From Thermoleophilia bacterium UBA2241 (GTDB lineage: Bacteria; Actinomycetota; Thermoleophilia; UBA2241): 64,000 bases of DNA. Below the pieces are notes generated by a model that had not been told where the DNA came from, did no database searches, and saw nothing but the letters and a program-made list of their open reading frames with translations. The DNA lies in assembly GCA_002347645.1 (NCBI GenBank), contig DDYF01000013.1, positions 5,845 through 69,844 on the forward strand, written 5' to 3'. The translations under genes were made by a program, and so were the position numbers. This document shows, one piece after another, positions 59,491 to 64,000 of this stretch (the first letter of the stretch is position 1; every line of letters begins with the position of its first letter).

Positions 59491-59662
59491 CCAACCTTCA
59501 AGCAAGAGATGAGGAAGCTAACGGCATACTAACGTTGTCATCTCGCGGACCGGGGGTAGGATGGCGTCACCTCTTGACCGAGAAGGTTCGCCGGAACGAG
59601 ACAGAGGCGCCCGGATGCAAGGTCCGGAAGAGCGGCCGGCCGCAAGGTCGAGCCGCTCTTTT
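59491..59662 (+). repeat. copy 1 of a ~170-nt direct repeat ending in an intrinsic terminator (candidate structured RNA)
   Basis: About 90% identical to 61252-61426. The central 100 nt differ only by 3 C/T transitions. Ends with hairpin GAGCGGCCGGCCGCAAGGUCGAGCCGCUC plus UUUUU. Confidence 0.7.
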
Positions 59663-59747
59663 TGCGTGTGTGAGTCGCCTCTTCTCGTGCTCGTCGCCGC
59701 TGGCCGTCCAAGGCGGTGTGCCCTGTCCCTGACTCATCGGCGCCGTC

Positions 59748-59780
59748 TTGACGCACGCCCTTGAAGTCCCCGCTACAATG
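59748..59780 (+). promoter_or_regulatory. candidate promoter upstream of the TetR gene
   Basis: TTGACG...TACAAT with a long (21-nt) spacer. A GGGAGGAGGGGAG Shine-Dalgarno lies upstream of the GTG start. Confidence 0.3.
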
Positions 59781-59939
59781 CGGGTGGAACCGTCGCTCTT
59801 GTTGACTGGTCGACTCGAATCACCCTTTGCAGCGCTGGGGAATGGCCATGTCAAGATCGTGTGCGGATTGAAGGAGATCCGACGAAGCGCGGGCGGCGCC
59901 AGAGGGGGCGCGTGCAAGGGAGGAGGGGAGCGTGAGGGC

Positions 59940-61274
59940 GTGCCGGTGAGCGAGGGACACGCGCGGCGGCGTGCCGCCGCCCCCGGCGTCCGCGACGAGC
60001 AGACAGCCGTCGTGCTGGGCGCCCTCTCGCCGACGGCGCGGCGCATCCTCACGGCCGCCTTTCGCGTGCTCGAACGCGACGGATACGAAGGGCTCTCTCT
60101 GCGCCGCATCGCCGCCGAGGCCGGCGAGACGCGCTCGCTGATCGCCTACCACTTCGAGAACAAGGCCGGCCTGGTGGCGACGCTCGTCGACTCGTTGTGG
60201 CACGACGCCGACGTCAGGCTGGAGCATGAGGTCAAGGCCCTCGTCGCCGACCCACGGGGCCGGTTGTTCGCCCTCACCGGCCTGCACCTCCGCCTGGCCC
60301 GGCAGTCCGGGCTCTACCGGACCTACTTCGACCTGCTTCCCCACATCCTCCGCGACGACGACGCGCGTTCGCGTCTTACCAGGACCTACCGCTCGTACCG
60401 GCGCATCGGGGAGCTCTGCCTCGCGCCGGCAGTGGGTGAGCGCGCCGACCCCCTCGCGCTGGCGACCCTGCTGCTGGCCGCCGGCGAGGGTCTCGGCGTG
60501 CAGGTGTTGCTGGACGGCGACGACCGCGTCGCGGTCGCGGCCTTCGCGCTGCTGGAACGGCAGGTCGTCGCCCACCTGGGTCTTGGGCGGCCGCCGGCCG
60601 GCTCTGCGCCGCCGGCCTCGGCGACGGGTCCTGTCACCGCGGGCGGGGAGGACGCCTTCTTGCGGGGCCTCCCCGACCCGACCGTCGGGCTGGTGCCGGC
60701 CGCCGGCCGCGTACTCCGCGCGGCGCTCGCGCTGCTCAACGACGAGGGACCGCAGGCGCTCACGGCCGAGATGCTGGCCGCGAGGTCAGGCGAGCCGCCT
60801 TCGTCGGTCTTCTACTACTTCGGCGACAAGCACGGGCTGCTTGCCGCGGTCCTGGCGGCCGGAGAGCAGCGACTGGGCCAGGCCATTCTCAGGGCGGCCA
60901 GGCCGGTCGTGGCACGCTCGCCGGGCCCGGTCGCCGTGGCGGACCTGACGGCGAAGCTCTTCGCGCAGCAGGGCTGGATGAGGACCTTCTTCAACTCCTT
61001 TCCGCTGACGCAGCGCGACGCCGAGCTCCACCGGATCGAGGCCGATTTCACCCACTTCCTGCGCGACAGCCTCGCCGCGTATCTTCGCCGGAGCGGCGTG
61101 CCCGAGGCCGACCTCATGCCGCTCTCGTGGCTCTGCCTTGGACTTATGTACGGGCTCGCGATCCAGCGTCTGGTGGACAGGAACGGCACGCCCGTGGCCG
61201 AGACCATTGAGACGTGGCGTGCCCTGCTCGCCCAGAGCGCCGCCGCCGCGGGTGAACCCTCAAGCACTGCGTGA
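59940..61274 (+). CDS. TetR/AcrR family regulator with two tandem TetR repeats in one polypeptide
   Basis: Two HTH_TetR N-domains (LSPTARRILTAAFRVLERDGYEGLSLRRIAAEAGETRSLIAYHFENKAGL and LVPAAGRVLRAALALLNDEGPQALTAEMLAARSGEPPSSVFYYFGDKHGL), each followed by a helical ligand domain. GTG start after a strong SD. Confidence 0.7.
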   Translation: MPVSEGHARRRAAAPGVRDEQTAVVLGALSPTARRILTAAFRVLERDGYEGLSLRRIAAEAGETRSLIAYHFENKAGLVATLVDSLWHDADVRLEHEVKALVADPRGRLFALTGLHLRLARQSGLYRTYFDLLPHILRDDDARSRLTRTYRSYRRIGELCLAPAVGERADPLALATLLLAAGEGLGVQVLLDGDDRVAVAAFALLERQVVAHLGLGRPPAGSAPPASATGPVTAGGEDAFLRGLPDPTVGLVPAAGRVLRAALALLNDEGPQALTAEMLAARSGEPPSSVFYYFGDKHGLLAAVLAAGEQRLGQAILRAARPVVARSPGPVAVADLTAKLFAQQGWMRTFFNSFPLTQRDAELHRIEADFTHFLRDSLAAYLRRSGVPEADLMPLSWLCLGLMYGLAIQRLVDRNGTPVAETIETWRALLAQSAAAAGEPSSTA

Positions 61275-61426
61275 GGAAGCAAACGGGGTACTAACGTTGT
61301 CATCTCGCGGACCGGGGGTAGGATGGCGTCACCTCTTGATCGAGAAGGTTCGCCGGAACGAGACAGAGGCGTCCGGATGTAAGGTCCGGAAGAGCCGCCG
61401 GTCGCGAGGCCGTGCGGCTCTTTTTT
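61252..61426 (+). repeat. copy 2 of the ~170-nt direct repeat (overlaps the last 8 codons of the TetR gene and its 3'UTR), ending in an intrinsic terminator
   Basis: Hairpin GAGCCGCCGGUCGCGAGGCCGUGCGGCUC plus UUUUUU. Stem positions covary with copy 1 (G-C to C-G, G-U to G-C, C-G to U-G). Confidence 0.7.
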
Positions 61427-61546
61427 CTTCGCAGCGGTCCCATTTGACGATGTCGCGGCGTGCCGGCGCGCTGCCGTCCGAGAGGGAGGCGCGTCGGCGC
61501 GAGTGACCCTGCCGTATGGCCTGGCGGCGAGGGCCGACCCGCAAGG

Positions 61547-61807
61547 TCAGCCCTCCCGCGCGGCCGCCACGGCGACGCGCTCGCCGTCCCGGGATCCTGC
61601 GTCCGGCTGCCCGGCGTCGCGCTCTGCCCGGGCGCACCGGTGGCGCAGGTACATGACGTCGCCGTGCAAGTCGCGGATGGTGCGGAAGGCGGTGCGCTGG
61701 AAGTCCATTGCCTCGTCGAGTGCGGCCTCCGCCTTCTCGGCGCGAGCCCTCCAGTAGGTGACGACATCGGTGCGAGCGTCGGTCGAGTCGATGCGGATGT
61801 CAGGCAT
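61547..61807 (-). CDS. hypothetical small protein
   Basis: ATG preceded by GGAGGTG. 86 aa. No recognisable domain. Confidence 0.35.
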   Translation of the reverse strand: MPDIRIDSTDARTDVVTYWRARAEKAEAALDEAMDFQRTAFRTIRDLHGDVMYLRHRCARAERDAGQPDAGSRDGERVAVAAAREG

Positions 61808-62443
61808 CGGGCACCTCCACGTCGGCCCGTCGTTCGGAGTGGCAGGAGCGGGTGGAGTCGGCCGGCGTGCGCCGGGAGGTGCGATCGCCTCCGCGACGCG
61901 AGACCCGATCGCGGGCGATCGACGCCGTCCGCCGGCCAGTGCTGGGGAACTCCTCGTGGGCGTTCACGGCCGAGACGGCTCGCGGCACGTGTGGCGCCGT
62001 GAAGGTCGAGCGAGAAGGATCGTGGACGGATCCGGTCAGGTCCGATGAGCGACCGTCGTAGAACGACAACAGAAAGACCACCGCGGCCTCCTTTCGCAGA
62101 GCCCAGACGGCCGGCTCTTCTCAGGGAGGCTTCCCGGTGGTCTTTCCACCTTGATTCCGTCAGAAGCCTGCTGCCTCCGTCTCCGTCTCCGTCCGCGGGA
62201 CCTCAGCAGCGCGTTGTGGGGCAGTTCTTACGGGAACGGGTGAGCCTTGTCAAGAGCCGGTAGGCGGTCCTCCGGGCCTTTCTCCCAGCGCGTCCGCGCC
62301 ACGTTGCACAGCCGCGCCCACAGGACGCAGGCGCATCCGGGAGATGGGTGCCACGAGACGTCGACGCAGACGGGCGAGTCGCACGGGTCGCCCGGCGAGA
62401 CGTGGCGGAGGGACGTTCCACGAGCGTTTCACAAGGAAGAGAG

Positions 62444-62519
62444 CTGGTGCCCCCAACGGAATTCGAATCCGTGCTGCCGGCTTGAAAGGCCGGTGTCCTA
62501 GGCCGCTAGACGATGGGGG
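62444..62519 (-). tRNA. tRNA-Glu (anticodon UUC), CCA encoded
   Basis: Reverse complement GCCCCCAUCGUCUAGCGGCCUAGGACACCGGCCUUUCAAGCCGGCAGCACGGAUUCGAAUUCCGUUGGGGGCACCA forms a cloverleaf with anticodon loop CUUUCAA and T-loop UUCGAAU. Confidence 0.85.
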
Positions 62520-62535
62520 CACGCGAGGCGCAGGC

Positions 62536-62541
62536 CATTAT
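62536..62541 (-). promoter_or_regulatory. TATAAT -10 element about 17 nt upstream of tRNA-Glu
   Basis: Minus-strand TATAAT. No good -35 was found. Confidence 0.35.
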
Positions 62542-62612
62542 AGCGGCCGCGGGCGTGCCACGCTGCGAGGACGGGCGTCGCGGGGCGCCTCGGCCGCCCG
62601 TACGCAGCCCGT

Positions 62613-63452
62613 CTACAGGCGCGACGTCTGGAACGTGTCGCCGCGCTGGACGTCGCCGGTGTCGTAGCCCAGCTTGAACCAGCGCATGCGCTGTGCCGAC
62701 GTGCCGTGCGTGAAGGTGTCGGGCACGGCGTACCCTTGGCCTTCCTTCTGGATCTTGTCGTCGCCGATCGCCGTCGCCGCGTTGAGCGCCTCTTGGAGGT
62801 CGCCTCGTTCGACGACCCCCAGCTTCTTGTCGGCGTAGTGCGCCCAGATGCCGGCGAAGAAGTCCGCTTGAAGCTCGAGCCGCACCGAGAGCTCGTTGGC
62901 CTCGCGCTGGCTCACGCGTCGCTGGCGCGTGTGGACGGCGTCGAGGATGCCGAGCTGCTGCTGCACGTGGTGCCCGATCTCGTGGGCGATCACGTAGGCC
63001 TGGGCGAAGTCGCCCGGCGCGCCGAACCGTTGGCTGAGCTGGGTGAAGAAGCCGAGGTCGATGTACACGGTCTGGTCACCCGGGCAGTAGAACGGGCCCG
63101 TGTCGGACGAGGCCGACCCGCACGCCGTCTCGACGTAGCCGTCGAACAGCACCAGCCTGGCCTCGTCGTAGGTCCGGTTCATCTTGCGGAACTCGGTGCG
63201 CCAGACCTCCTCGGTGTCGGCGAGGACGACGGAGACGAACTTCGCAGCGTCGTCCTGCTGCTCCTGCGTCAGGCCGCTGCCCGGCGACTCTGGGGCGGGG
63301 GTGACCGACGACGGATCGCCGCCCATGAACATGACGAGCAACAAGATGATGACGCCGGCGATACCGCCCACGCCCCCGAGGGCGACACCCTTGCCTCCCA
63401 TGCCGCGCCTGTCTTCGACGTTCTGGCTGCCCCTGCGGCCGCGCCACTGCAT
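62613..63452 (-). CDS. putative neutral zinc metallopeptidase (YpfJ/Zn_peptidase family), membrane-anchored
   Basis: HEIGHHVQ (HExxH). N-terminal TM. Family-typical length. Confidence 0.7.
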   Translation of the reverse strand: MQWRGRRGSQNVEDRRGMGGKGVALGGVGGIAGVIILLLVMFMGGDPSSVTPAPESPGSGLTQEQQDDAAKFVSVVLADTEEVWRTEFRKMNRTYDEARLVLFDGYVETACGSASSDTGPFYCPGDQTVYIDLGFFTQLSQRFGAPGDFAQAYVIAHEIGHHVQQQLGILDAVHTRQRRVSQREANELSVRLELQADFFAGIWAHYADKKLGVVERGDLQEALNAATAIGDDKIQKEGQGYAVPDTFTHGTSAQRMRWFKLGYDTGDVQRGDTFQTSRL

Positions 63453-63598
63453 CGCGCCCCTCCTCTCTTCGGGGCGCTGATCGTGCGTCCCCGCGAGCAG
63501 TTTAGCGCATGGGGCTCGGGAGCGTCGCGCGCCCGCGGGGGAGGCATGCGGGTGTCCCCGGTGTACAGTTGGCGGAGCGATCCTGAGGAGGTCCTTCC

Positions 63599-64000
63599 GT
63601 GAAATACGTGCGCATGCCGATCGAGGTCGAATCCCCCGAGGAGTTCGGCTACGACGCCATCAAGTACAACCTCGCCGAGAGCTCGGTCCGTGACCGGACC
63701 CTGAGCGGGCTCGGCATCGACCTGGGCGACATGGTGCTGTTCTACGGTGAGCACATGGGCCACAAGGGCCTCCTGGAGCTGATCGCGCAGGCGAGCAGCG
63801 GGCCGTCCGGCGTAGTGGAGCCGGACGAGGTGCTCGTCGCGGCGGGTGCCGCGCAGGCGCTCTTCATCATCGCCACGACGCTGCTGGAGAAGGGCGATCA
63901 CCTCGTCGTCGTGCGCCCCAACTATGCGACCAACATCTTCACGCCGCGCGCGATCGAGGCCGACATCAGCTACCTCGAGTTGGCCTTCGAAGAGGGCTGG
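63599..64000 (+). CDS. PLP-dependent aminotransferase class I/II, 3'-truncated at window end
   Basis: GTG after GAGGAGG. The N-terminal region resembles aminotransferase/MocR-type enzymes. Confidence 0.5.
   Translation, partial: MKYVRMPIEVESPEEFGYDAIKYNLAESSVRDRTLSGLGIDLGDMVLFYGEHMGHKGLLELIAQASSGPSGVVEPDEVLVAAGAAQALFIIATTLLEKGDHLVVVRPNYATNIFTPRAIEADISYLELAFEEGW

Noticed and set aside
59505-59662. Tested the repeat element as SRP RNA (GGUCCGGAAG matches the domain IV consensus), a ZTP, TPP or glycine riboswitch, a c-di-GMP or c-di-AMP riboswitch, or 6C RNA
   Set aside because: Only short partial matches. Motif order or spacing is wrong for each class. Two copies flanking one gene is atypical for SRP RNA. 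Left as an unclassified structured element.
59535-59756. Small ORFs on both strands inside the repeat copies (for example 59535-59732 +, 59538-59756 -), conserved between copies
   Set aside because: Conservation is explained by nucleotide identity of the repeat. Amino-acid changes between copies are largely non-conservative, and the compensatory changes point to RNA structure rather than protein selection.
1-64000. CRISPR arrays, integrases/transposases, rRNA genes
   Set aside because: No short regularly spaced direct repeats. No recombinase or transposase signatures. No rRNA-like sequence. The only sizeable repeat is the ~170-nt pair at 59.5 and 61.3 kb.

Overview
This is a high-GC (about 70%) window that looks actinobacterial (Thermoleophilia/Rubrobacteria-like), with about 60 genes. 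Many start with GTG or TTG and several overlap their neighbour in a translationally coupled way (GTGA, TTGA, ATGA). Highlights: (1) a selenocysteine-decoding locus: a Sec-containing selD with an in-frame UGA and a SECIS-like hairpin, an uncharacterised membrane protein, selA and selB, with tRNA-Sec (selC) found about 16 kb away; (2) a 5'-truncated defence-like trio at the left edge (nuclease-like DUF5655 protein, HTH-XRE/ImmA-IrrE peptidase, DUF4411/PIN-like protein); (3) a giant HTH + multi-GAF + HD-GYP + GGDEF signalling protein and a second multi-GAF GGDEF cyclase; (4) the conserved rpmH-rnpA-yidD-yidC-jag cluster with a canonical promoter; (5) an AsnB-type amidotransferase fused to a CofE-like (F420 gamma-glutamyl ligase family) domain; (6) a two-repeat TetR regulator flanked by two copies of a ~170-nt element, each ending in an intrinsic terminator whose stem shows compensatory base changes, so likely a structured RNA; (7) two tandem TAT-lipoprotein polyamine-type substrate-binding proteins with no transporter partner. 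Other housekeeping and metabolic genes are listed under features. No CRISPR array, integrase, transposase or rRNA was seen. Large alternative-frame ORFs inside these genes are GC-rich shadow ORFs and were rejected.
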